Origin: an uncultured delta proteobacterium
Lineage (GTDB): Bacteria > Desulfobacterota > RBG-13-43-22
Length of the DNA: 64,000 nucleotides
Assembly (NCBI GenBank): GCA_963843145.1
Contig: CAWJJC010000020.1
Span: 512,001 to 576,000, forward strand
Direction of reading: 5' to 3'
The notes under the pieces are model-generated. The model ran no database searches. It saw only the letters and a list, made by a program, of their open reading frames with translations, and was not told the DNA's origin. A program made the position numbers and the translations under genes. Positions 9,282 through 18,900 of this stretch are shown here, one piece after another (position 1 is the stretch's first letter; each line of letters opens with the position of its first letter).

Positions 9282-10769
9282 ATGATGCGTTCCGAATCCG
9301 AAATTGCGGTTCTTTTAAAGGCCGTGGACGCCTTCCAAAGGCGCCTGATCGTGATTTCCCCGGAGTTTAAGATCCTGGCCTACAACCGGCCCTTGGCGGA
9401 CGACAACGATTCACGGGTGATCGGCCGGCTTTGCCATGAATTGTTTTACGATCGTCCGGAACCCTGCGTGAACTGTGGTGTCCTGAAGGCCAAGGAAACC
9501 GGTCGGCCGACCCTGCATCCCAAGCCGGAAGAATTTGCCGACTTGGAAAAAATGCCCTGCTTTTATGCCTATCCGATTATAACCGCCGGGAAAGTCGAAG
9601 CTTTCGTGAGCCTGGACTTCGACCTGCCGGTTCGCGGGAAGATCGAAGACAAGCTGCAAAGTTCGAATGCCCTGTTGCGCAACCTGATCCTCAGCGCCGT
9701 GGACGGGGTCATCGCCGCCGACAAGAAAGGCAAGATTTTGATTTTTAACAACATGTCGGCCGAAATTTTCGGATACAGCATTGAGGAAGCCCTGCAAAGC
9801 CTGGATATCCGGGACATCTATCCCGATCAGCGGGCCCATGAGGTCATGAAGATGCTGCGCAGCGACCAATACGGCGGACAGGGGAAATTGTGTTCCTACG
9901 AGGTGGACGTAGTCCACAAGAGCGGCGAACGAATCCCCATCAACCTAAATGCCTCCATCGTCTACGAAGGCGAACGGGAGGTGGCCACTATCGGCTTTTT
10001 TCATGACCTGCGGGAAATCCAGCGCATGAAAGCCGAGCTGGAAAAAACACAGTTGCAATTGCTCCAGTCGGAAAAAATGGCCTCTCTCGGCAAACTGGCC
10101 GCCGGGGTGGCCCATCAGCTCAACAACCCCCTGGCCGGGATCACCCTCTACACCCGGTTGGTCCTGGAAGATTATCCCCTGGAGGCGGGCGCCCGGAAAG
10201 ACCTCCTCCGGGTACTGGAGGATGCCGAACGCTGTCGGGACACCGTCAAGGAACTGCTGGAGTTCACTCGCCAGACGCGCCACCTCATGCGGCCCCAAGA
10301 CATCAACCGGGCCATTTCCCGAACGCTCTTTCTTTTGGAAAATCAGGCGCTCTTTCAAAATATCATTATTGAAAAGGTCCTGGATCCGGCCCTGCCTCCG
10401 GTTCACAGCGACATCCAGCAATTGAACCACCTATTTATGAATATTATCCTGAACGCCGCCCAGGCCATGGAGGGGAAGGGGGAACTGAGCGTCAAGACCC
10501 TTTTTCTTCCCCAAACCGGACGGGTGCTGATCGAAATAGTCGATACCGGGCCGGGCATCCCCGAAAACATCCTGCCGCACATCTTCGATCCCTTCTTCAC
10601 CACCAAGCAGGAGGGGGAAGGCACCGGACTGGGATTGAGCCTGGTCTACGGGATCGTGGAAGCGCACGGGGGGCAAATCAAGGCTCGGAACCTTCCGGGT
10701 GGCGGGGCCGCTTTTATCATCGAACTGCCGATTCAATCCAAGGACGAAGAGGGGGACCAGGGTGAATAA
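9282..10769 (+). CDS. PAS-domain sensor histidine kinase (NtrB-like)
   Basis: Two PAS-like domains; EKMASLGKLAAGVAHQLNNPL H-box; NAAQAM, DTGPGI, FDPFFTTK, GTGLGL. Confidence 0.92.
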   Translation: MMRSESEIAVLLKAVDAFQRRLIVISPEFKILAYNRPLADDNDSRVIGRLCHELFYDRPEPCVNCGVLKAKETGRPTLHPKPEEFADLEKMPCFYAYPIITAGKVEAFVSLDFDLPVRGKIEDKLQSSNALLRNLILSAVDGVIAADKKGKILIFNNMSAEIFGYSIEEALQSLDIRDIYPDQRAHEVMKMLRSDQYGGQGKLCSYEVDVVHKSGERIPINLNASIVYEGEREVATIGFFHDLREIQRMKAELEKTQLQLLQSEKMASLGKLAAGVAHQLNNPLAGITLYTRLVLEDYPLEAGARKDLLRVLEDAERCRDTVKELLEFTRQTRHLMRPQDINRAISRTLFLLENQALFQNIIIEKVLDPALPPVHSDIQQLNHLFMNIILNAAQAMEGKGELSVKTLFLPQTGRVLIEIVDTGPGIPENILPHIFDPFFTTKQEGEGTGLGLSLVYGIVEAHGGQIKARNLPGGGAAFIIELPIQSKDEEGDQGE

Positions 10770-12246
10770 AGAGGTCGAGACGATCCGGGTGCTGGTGGTG
10801 GACGATGAACGGGATATTCGGGAGGGTTCGGAACGCATTCTGAGCCGCCTCGGTTTTCAACTGAAGACCGCGGCCCGAGGGGATGAGGCCCTCCGGATTT
10901 TCGAGCAGGCGCGACCGGCCATCGTGCTGCTCGATCTGAAGATGCCCGGCCTGGACGGCATGGAGGTCCTGCAACGGCTTCGGGAACTGGACCCCGCCAT
11001 CCTGGTAATCGTCATCACCGGATACGCTACCGTCGAAACGGCCATTGAAGCCATGAAGCAGGGGGCCTACGACTTTATCCCCAAGCCTTTCGAGCCGGAT
11101 CAACTGCGCATCGTCGTCAACCGAGCGGCGGAAAAGGTCCGTCTGACCCGGGAAACCCGGAAACTCGCATTGGAAAAGGCCCGTACCCTGTCGGATCTGG
11201 ACACCGAGAAGAGCCGCCTCCGGACCATCATCGAATCCCTGCCCGACGGCGTCCTGGTTACCAACACCGGCGGGCAAGTCGTGCTGATCAATCCATCCTG
11301 CCGGCAGATGTTGAAACTGGAGCGGGACAGCGCCCCGGGTCGACCCATTCAAGACTACCTGCCGGATGAGGCCCTGTGCCGACTGCTGATGGAGATATCC
11401 AAAGGAAAACATGTGGATTACGGGGATATCCCCGAACAGGAATTCGCCCTGGCCGACGGGACTTATTTGCGGGCTGTCGCCCAGCCGGTATTGGGGGACC
11501 GCAAGGAATGCCTGGGTGCGATCGTCACCTTCCTCGACATTACCAGCCTGAAGGTGCTGGACCGGCTCAAGTCGGAATTCGTGGCCAAGGTGTCCCATGA
11601 ACTGCGCTCGCCCCTGTCCACCATCCACGAACAGCTTGCCCTGGTGATCGGCGAACTGGTGGGCACCGAACCCCAACAGCACCTGCTGAACCGGGCCAAG
11701 GAAAAAACTCAGGCCTTAATCACCTTCATCGGCGACCTGCTCGACCTGTCGCGCATCGAGGAGGGGCTCATCTGCCGGGAGCCGAAACCGGTCCGGCTGG
11801 AGGAACTGCTGAAAAACATCGTGGATTTCCTGGCCGTGCGGGCCGAGGCCCGGAAACAGTCCCTGACCCTCCTGGTGTCGGCCAAAGACCTGCCGGAAAT
11901 CGAGGCCGATCCGGTCGCCCTGGAGAGTATTTTCGGCAACCTGATCACCAACGCTCTCACCTACACCCCGGAGGGCGGCCGCATTCGGGTGGAACTGGAC
12001 CGGGCCGGCATCAACCTCCGAGTAAAGGTTGTGGACAACGGCTTGGGAATTGCTGAAAAACACCTCGACAAAATATTCGATCGTTTCTACCGGGTTAAAG
12101 ACGAGAAAACCCGCTTTATCACCGGAACCGGACTCGGGTTGCCCATCGTCAAGGGTCTGGTGGATTCGCTGGGCGGGATCATCGAGGTGGCCAGCAACCC
12201 AGGAGAGGGATCGACCTTTACGATCCTGTTGCCGGTCCGACCATAG
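10762..12246 (+). CDS. Hybrid receiver-PAS-histidine kinase
   Basis: N-terminal REC (VLVVDDE, LLDLKMPG, KPF), PAS, VSHELRSPL H-box and HATPase. GTG at 10762 overlaps the upstream stop. Confidence 0.9.
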   Translation: MNKEVETIRVLVVDDERDIREGSERILSRLGFQLKTAARGDEALRIFEQARPAIVLLDLKMPGLDGMEVLQRLRELDPAILVIVITGYATVETAIEAMKQGAYDFIPKPFEPDQLRIVVNRAAEKVRLTRETRKLALEKARTLSDLDTEKSRLRTIIESLPDGVLVTNTGGQVVLINPSCRQMLKLERDSAPGRPIQDYLPDEALCRLLMEISKGKHVDYGDIPEQEFALADGTYLRAVAQPVLGDRKECLGAIVTFLDITSLKVLDRLKSEFVAKVSHELRSPLSTIHEQLALVIGELVGTEPQQHLLNRAKEKTQALITFIGDLLDLSRIEEGLICREPKPVRLEELLKNIVDFLAVRAEARKQSLTLLVSAKDLPEIEADPVALESIFGNLITNALTYTPEGGRIRVELDRAGINLRVKVVDNGLGIAEKHLDKIFDRFYRVKDEKTRFITGTGLGLPIVKGLVDSLGGIIEVASNPGEGSTFTILLPVRP

Positions 12247-12301
12247 GGGGTTTTAAAGGATGAACGTCGAACATGGAACGTTCATCTTTGTATTTATTCA
12301 G

Positions 12302-13123
12302 TTAGTCTTCATCTTCGTTTAACGCCTTGATAAACTCCTCCGGGGGAACCTGCAACCCGGTCCACAGGGCAAAGGCCCTCCGCGCCTGCTGGGCCAAGGC
12401 CGGCAGACCGTCCAGGAAACGGATGCCTCTGGAATTCGCCATTTCCTCCCAAAAATTATTCGGTCGGCCGTAGTTAAGGTCAAAAACCAGTTGGCAGCCG
12501 GGGACTTCGAGGCGCTGGATCAGGCCGGCCATTTCCGGGGATTCAGCGGGGCTGGAAACGGCGGTGGCGTTAACCACAAGATCCACCGGCAGCGGCCGGT
12601 CGGATAATAACCCCAGGTCCAGCGGCTCTCCACCTAAGGCTTCCGTCAGAGACCTGGTTTTTTCCAACCGGCGGCCGGTAACATAAATGGCGGCGGCCCG
12701 CAACCAGTTTAAAATAAATACTACTGCCCGGGCGGCCCCGCCGGTTCCCAAAACCAGCGCGGTTTTTCCATCCACTTCGAATCCCGCCTCGCCCAGGGCT
12801 TCCATGATGCCGATGGCGTTGGTGTTGTACCCCTTCAATCGGTCACCGTCCCGGACAATAGTGTTGACTGCGCCGATGATATTCGCCCCCTCGGAAAGGA
12901 CGTCCAGCAGGGGCAGGACCGCTTCCTTGTAGGGCACGGTGATGTTGGCGCCCGCCAGATGAAGGATCCGGATGCTGTTGATCGCCTCTCCCAGGTCGCG
13001 CGGCTTGACCACGAAGGGCACATAGGTCCCCTTGATCCCCTGGCGCTTCAGCACCCGGGTAAATATGGCCGGGGATTTCAACTGAACCGCCCGTTCGTCA
13101 CTGATGATACAGTAGACTTTCAT
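12302..13123 (-). CDS. aroE: Shikimate dehydrogenase-family protein (atypical active site)
   Basis: GANITVPYK, GAVNT, GYNTN, LGTGGAARAV, VNAT and DLNY motifs. Confidence 0.75.
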   Translation of the reverse strand: MKVYCIISDERAVQLKSPAIFTRVLKRQGIKGTYVPFVVKPRDLGEAINSIRILHLAGANITVPYKEAVLPLLDVLSEGANIIGAVNTIVRDGDRLKGYNTNAIGIMEALGEAGFEVDGKTALVLGTGGAARAVVFILNWLRAAAIYVTGRRLEKTRSLTEALGGEPLDLGLLSDRPLPVDLVVNATAVSSPAESPEMAGLIQRLEVPGCQLVFDLNYGRPNNFWEEMANSRGIRFLDGLPALAQQARRAFALWTGLQVPPEEFIKALNEDED

Positions 13124-13198
13124 CGAAGAAAAAGCCTAATTATTAGGTTAATAGGTTGGGTGGAGAAAAGCCAAACCCTTCGGATCATCTGTGGAGTT

Positions 13199-13252
13199 AT
13201 TTTCGTACTAAACCCCCATGCCCGCGGACGGACACCCGCAAAGCATGAAAAT
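13199..13252. repeat. 54-bp dispersed repeat with ATTTTCRT...ATGAAAAT terminal inverted ends (copy 1)
   Basis: Aligns along its length with 36197-36249. Confidence 0.65.
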
Positions 13253-13257
13253 ATCGG

Positions 13258-13346
13258 GTAGGGGAGGCTTCAGCCTCCCCGGTTGGGCGACTAAAGTCGC
13301 CCCTACCCAGACCTATCCGTAGGGGAGACGGGCCGGTCGCCCTTAC
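13258..13346. repeat. Cluster of GTAG-type REP-like palindromes
   Basis: GTAGGGGAGGCTTCAGCCTCCCC (13258-13280), GGGCGACTAAAGTCGCCCCTAC (13285-13306) and GTAGGGGAGACGGGCCGGTCGCCCTTAC (13319-13346). Confidence 0.75.
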
Positions 13347-13352
13347 GCCTGG

Positions 13353-13742
13353 CTACAGCTTCAGCAACCGCTTCAGACTCTTGGTAATCTCCTCGGCCGA
13401 GGCCGGCTTACTGATATAGTCGTCCGCCTCGGTCTCCAGGCCGTCCCGGTGGGTGTAGCGCGTGGAGGTCACGTGGGAAGCCACGGCCGTCAGCAGGATA
13501 ACGGGGATATCGCGGGTTTGCTCATCCTCCTTGAGCTCTTTGCAGACCTGGTACCCGTCCTTCTCGGGCATCATTACATCCAGCACGATGGCATCCGGCG
13601 GATTGGCCCGGACTTTCTCCAGGCCCTCCACCCCGTTATAGGCCACCTCGACCGTAAAGCCTTCCTTTTCCAAGTTTTTCTGTACAATGGTAGCGAAATC
13701 CGGTTCGTCATCAACCACCAACACTCTTTTATTCAGGTTCAT
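13353..13742 (-). CDS. Single-domain response regulator
   Basis: VLVVDDE, VLDVMMP, ILLTA and DDYISKP motifs. Confidence 0.9.
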   Translation of the reverse strand: MNLNKRVLVVDDEPDFATIVQKNLEKEGFTVEVAYNGVEGLEKVRANPPDAIVLDVMMPEKDGYQVCKELKEDEQTRDIPVILLTAVASHVTSTRYTHRDGLETEADDYISKPASAEEITKSLKRLLKL

Positions 13743-13865
13743 AACTACCTCCTTGTCTCGGGCACCAACGGGTGCGTTGCTTGGGCCTAGGTGCCTTAAT
13801 GATTAATAATCAATGGTTAATAATTAATTGGTAATTGTTCAAACCTTCCGCCCCGATTCCACCTG

Positions 13866-14798
13866 TCAAATTACGCTCGGCCGAGGATACAGCCCCGCCC
13901 GTTCAACGATTTCCGGAACTTTCTCTTCCCATTCGATGGCCATGATGTGAAATCCGGCTACCCCCTTCACCTCTCTCAGGCGCTCGATGGACTCCACGCA
14001 GATCTTAATCCCCTCTTCGGCCTGCTTGTCCTTGGGGGTGTCGGCCAGGCGCTTGACGATTTCATCCGGGACATCCATCCCCGGGACCCGGTTCTTCATG
14101 TAGCGGGCCATCCCGACTGACTTCATCGGGGTCAAGCCGGCCAGGATAGACGCTTGCTCGGTTAATCCCCGATCCCGCGCCTTGCCGATCCAGTCTTCGA
14201 ACTTGTCGAGATTGTAGATGCACTGGGTTTGAATAAACTCGACTCCGGCGGCAATTTTCTTGGCCAGCCGGGGCACGCGGATCTCGTACGGGTCAGCAAA
14301 AGGGTTTTCCGCCGCGCCGACAAACATCCGCGGCGGCCGGGCGATGGCATCGCCGCCCAGAAATTTTCCCTCGTCGCGCATGAGACGGACGGTCTGAATC
14401 AATTGCATCGAGTCTAGGTCATATACGTTCTGTCCCCTGGCGCAGTCACCGAAGCTCTGGTGGTCGCCGGACAGGCAGAGGATGTTGAAGATATCAAAGG
14501 AAGCCGCACCCAGGATGTCGCTCTGGAGGGCGATCCGGTTCCGATCCCGGGTTACCATCTGCAGCACCGGCTCCAGCCCCATCAGTTTCAGGCGGATGCA
14601 GGCGGCCAGACTACAGAGGCGGGTCATGGAGGTCTGGTTGTCCGTCACGTTGACGGCATCCACGTGATTCTTGATCATTTCGGCCTTACGGATGATCACT
14701 TCCGGATCGCTGCCCCGGGGGGGCCCCACTTCCGACGTGACGGCCAACTGTCCGGAAGCCAAAATTTTTTCCAGTTTACTGGGTGTCTTGACTGTCAT
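13866..14798 (-). CDS. metF: Methylenetetrahydrofolate reductase large subunit
   Basis: EVGPPRG, NVTDNQ, TRDRNRIALQSD, LSGDH and FIQTQ motifs. Confidence 0.92.
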   Translation of the reverse strand: MTVKTPSKLEKILASGQLAVTSEVGPPRGSDPEVIIRKAEMIKNHVDAVNVTDNQTSMTRLCSLAACIRLKLMGLEPVLQMVTRDRNRIALQSDILGAASFDIFNILCLSGDHQSFGDCARGQNVYDLDSMQLIQTVRLMRDEGKFLGGDAIARPPRMFVGAAENPFADPYEIRVPRLAKKIAAGVEFIQTQCIYNLDKFEDWIGKARDRGLTEQASILAGLTPMKSVGMARYMKNRVPGMDVPDEIVKRLADTPKDKQAEEGIKICVESIERLREVKGVAGFHIMAIEWEEKVPEIVERAGLYPRPSVI

Positions 14799-15463
14799 AA
14801 CTTCAAATCCTCCCGCACCACTTTTCGCGGTCCGCCCGCCCGGTCGGTGGACCAGTCTTTAATAGGGACTATTTTTTCATAGTCATCCATCCGCCCCAGC
14901 GCCTTCAGTCGGTCGATAATCAATTGCCAGCCGCAGGGCACCTCCTGATGGATTTCACATTTTCCGGCGCTGGATCCGCCGCAGGGCCCGTTCAGGATCC
15001 GCTTGGCGCAGCGGGATACCGGACAGATGCCCCCGGTAATCGCCAACAGGCACTGACCGCAGCCCTGGCAGCGTTCCGACCATACACCCCGGGCTTCGTT
15101 GGCCCCCATGAAGAGCGTGTTTACGCCGGGATAGACCGGCTTGGTCTGGTATTTCTCGGCGGTGAACTGTACGCCCACCCCGCAGGCGATGGACACCACC
15201 ACCTCATACAGGTCGATGACCCCACGGATTTCCTCCAGGTACTCGTGGTCGCACTGCCGCTCCAGCGTCCGTTCTCCGATATTGACTTCCCGGCCTTGCT
15301 GGAGAAAATGCATGCGGAGCGCGGAAGCCAGCAGGCCCACTTCTTTTTTTCCTCCGGCCTCGCAGACGGTTACACATTCATTGCACCCCAGAACCAGAAT
15401 GCTTTGGCAGTCCCTGACGGTATCAATAATCTCTTCGATCGGCTTTTTTTCGGCTACAATCAT
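14795..15463 (-). CDS. metV: Methylenetetrahydrofolate reductase small Fe-S/Zn subunit
   Basis: Starts MIVAEKKP at ATG 15463; GCNECVTVC, ERCQGCGQC, GICPVSRCAKRILNGPCGG and KCE...PCGW. ATGA overlaps on both sides. Confidence 0.9.
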   Translation of the reverse strand: MIVAEKKPIEEIIDTVRDCQSILVLGCNECVTVCEAGGKKEVGLLASALRMHFLQQGREVNIGERTLERQCDHEYLEEIRGVIDLYEVVVSIACGVGVQFTAEKYQTKPVYPGVNTLFMGANEARGVWSERCQGCGQCLLAITGGICPVSRCAKRILNGPCGGSSAGKCEIHQEVPCGWQLIIDRLKALGRMDDYEKIVPIKDWSTDRAGGPRKVVREDLKL

Positions 15464-15909
15464 CGCTGGCTTCCTCCATTCTTTCTTTTCTCCAGGACCG
15501 TCCGGATCGGGTTCGGACCCGCGGCCAGAATCCGGGCCTGCATCTCCTCGGCAAACCGGGCGAAGCTGGGACCGTCGCTGGAAGACAGGTTGTACATCTG
15601 CAACCGCTGCCCCCCGATTCCGATGGAGTCTAAAACTTTTTGGGTTTGGGCCACCCGGGCCTTGGCCCGGAAATTTCCCGTGTTGTAATGGCAGTCCCCC
15701 TCCCGGCATCCGACCACGTAGACCCCGTCGGCCCCTTTTTCGAAGGGTCGCAGGAGATGCAGCGTGTCCACTTTGCCGGTGCAGGGAACGCGGATAATCT
15801 TGATGGCCGTCGGGTAACTGAGCCGCATCGAACCTGCCAGGTCCGCCGCTGTGTACCCTCAGTAATTGCAGCAAAAAGCCACAATGATCGGATCAAAGTC
15901 TGAACTCAT
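15460..15909 (-). CDS. mvhD: MvhD-like [2Fe-2S] subunit, selenoprotein (UGA at codon 17)
   Basis: ATG 15909 reads [19 protein letters not shown](15859-15861)-GYTAADLAGSMRLSYP...RVPCTGKVD...GADGVYVVGCREGDCHY. The UGA sits at a conserved Cys position. Downstream hairpin GGACCU-GGC-AGGUUC. Confidence 0.92.
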
Positions 15910-18900
15910 AGGCTCCCCTCCATTAAGGCGTCGATCTTGCACAAGAGCTGGTCGTCTTCGTACCAGTTGAGTTCAATGACCTTGGCCGGGCATTCCGCGG
16001 CGCAGATGCCGCAACCCTGACACAAGGCCTCATCGATTTCACTGACCCCGTCGGCATTGATCCTCGGCACGGAGTAAGGGCAGGACCGCACGCAAACCAG
16101 GCAAGCCGCGCAGAGTTCGGTATTGACCCGGGCGGTTACGGCCGAGAGGGTCAATTGTTTTTGGGACAGGAAGGTCGTGGCCCGGGAGGCTGCCGCCAAA
16201 GCCTGGGCGATGGTTTCATCCAGCAGTTTCGGGCTGTGGGCCGTGCCGCAGACGAAGATCCCTTCCGTGGCCATGTCCACCGGACGCAGCTTGACATGAG
16301 CTTCCATGAAGTAGCCTTCGGCGGTACGAGCCAGCTTGACGATCGAGGCCAGCTCTTCGGTATCGGCGGCTCGCATGCCGGCGCTGAGTGCCAGCAAATC
16401 GACCTCCACCTGCAGATCGCGGCCCAGGATGAGGTCCCGGAAGGTCAAGACCAGACCGGCGGCGGACCGTTCGGCCCGGGGCGGATTCTCGGGATCGAAG
16501 CGGAAGAAATAGACCCCTTTCTCCCGGGCTTCCTTGTAGTAATCCTCCAGCAACCCGTAGGTACGCATGTCCCGGTAGAGGAGGTAAACATCGGCTTCGG
16601 GATTGAGCTTTTTTATCTTGAGGGCGTTTTTGACCGCGCTCTGGCAACAGATTCGCGAGCAATTCGGGTTTTCCTCGTTCCGCGAGCCGATGCACTGGAT
16701 CATGGCCACCCGGTTCAAGTCCGCGGCGCCCCGGTCTTTCAAGCGCTTGGCCAGGTCCACCTGGGTCATGACTTTATCGCTTTGACCGAAGTGATATTCC
16801 CGCGGCTGATATTCCACGGCCCCGGTGGCGACGATCGTCACCCCGTGTTTGATCTTGCGTTCGTACATCCCGGGACCGACCAGCACCTCGGTGGTGAAAT
16901 TGCCCTTGAACCCGGTAAAACCGACGATCAGGGAGCGGGTCAGGACCTGAATCAGGGGATGGGTGGTTACCTGCCGGATCAGGTCCTGCAGATAGGCCTG
17001 CACGTCGTCTCCCTCGATGGTGAAGGTCAGGCGGTTGGCCATGCCTCCCAACTGCTCTTCTTTTTCGACCAGAACGACTTCATAGCCCTGGTCGGCCAGA
17101 CCGAGGGCGGCGTTCATTCCGGCCACCCCGCCGCCGACCACCACGGCCCTTGGGTTAACCGAGATGACCTTCTCCCCCAAAGGCTGGAGCGTCGCGGCCC
17201 GCGAGACGGCCATGCGGATCAGTTGACAGGCCTTGTGGGTGGCTTCTTCGGGGTCGTCCGCATGGACCCAGGAATCCTGGTTGCGGATGTTGGCCATTTC
17301 CAGCAGGTATTTGTTCAAGCCGCTCCCTTCGAGGGTATCCATGAAGATGCCCTCGTGGGTTTTCGGGGTGCAGGCGGCCACCACCACCCGGTTGAGCCGC
17401 TGTTCCCGAATGACTTCTTTCATCCGCACCAGGGAATCCTGGCTGCAGGAAAAGAGATTCTGGCCGGCGTAGACTACTTGAGGCAGGGTGCGGGCGTATT
17501 CCTCGGCCGCGGCCACGTCCACCACCCCGGCGATGTTGATGCCGCAGTTGCAGACAAAAACGCCGATCCGCGGCTCCTCGGCGGAAACGTCAATCTGTTC
17601 GGGCAATTCCACCCGCCGGGTGCGGGTATGGCGAGCGGCGGCCAGCTTTCCCCCCGCCAGGCAGGCGGCGGCGCTGGCTTCCATGACCGAACTGGGGATA
17701 TCCTTCGGTCCCTGGAAGACCCCGCAGGCATAGACGCCCGGGCGGGAAGTCTCCAGGGGCGAAAAGGTCGGTTTCACGGCGAAGCCGTAGCCGTCCAGGT
17801 CGACCCCGAGCCGCCCAGCCAGCTCCCGGGAGGAAGGGGGCACCTGGAGCCCTACGGACAGGACGATCATATCAAAGACTTCCTCCCGCAGTTCGCCGGT
17901 TTCGTCGGCATAGCGGACCCGCAGATCGCCCCGTTCATTGATTTCGTCGAAGGAATGAATCCGCGCCTTGACGAAACGGACGCCGGCCCGGTCTCGGGCC
18001 CGCAGATAATACTTTTCGTAGTCCTTGCCGAAAGTGCGGATATCCATATTGAAGATGGTGCATTCCAAACCGCCCGGGGCGTGCTCCTTGGCCATCATGG
18101 CATCCTTGATGGCGTACATGCAGCAGACCGAGGAACAGTAGCCGTTGCCGCACTGGTTGGTGTCCCGGGAGCCGACGCACTGGAACCAGGCGATTTTTTT
18201 CGGCTCCTGCTGATCGGAGGGGCGGATCAGGTGCCCCATCGTCGGTCCGGAAGCGCTTAGGAGTCCGCTCAAATTCCAGGCTGGTCATAACGTTGGGATT
18301 GCTGCGGTATTGAAAATAGCTCCTCCAGCCGCGGGGAATCATAGGGCCGGCTCCCCGTGGCTAAAATAACCGATCCGATTTCGATTTCTTTTTCCACCAT
18401 CTGCTGGTCGTGGTCCACGGCCCCGGCCAGGCAGGCGTTCACGCACTGGTAGCATTCGGAACAGATCCCGCAGGCCAGACACCGTTCGGCTTCCCGTCGG
18501 CTTTGATCCTCCCGGTAGCCCAACTGAACCTCATTAAAGTTTTGAATCCGCCGGTCGGCCGGGGCGTGGTCCATGGCCGTGCGGGCGATCCGGGTTCGGC
18601 CCGCGAGCGGCACGTCGGACACCCCTTCCCAGCGCGCCGGCCGACCCTGGTACAGGTCCTGCCCCCGAAGAAACCGGTCGATGGACAGGGCCGCTTCCTT
18701 TCCGGCCCCGATGGCCTCAACCACGGTCCGCGGCCCGGTAACGGCATCGCCCCCGGCAAAAATATCCGGGTCGCCGGACTGCAGGGTCATCGGATCCACC
18801 CGGAGGGTACCCCAGTCGCTGAGGGAGCAGGCGCATTCTTCCGTCAGACAGGCCCAATCGGATTCCTGGCCGATAGCCGGGATAACGGCATCGACCTCCA

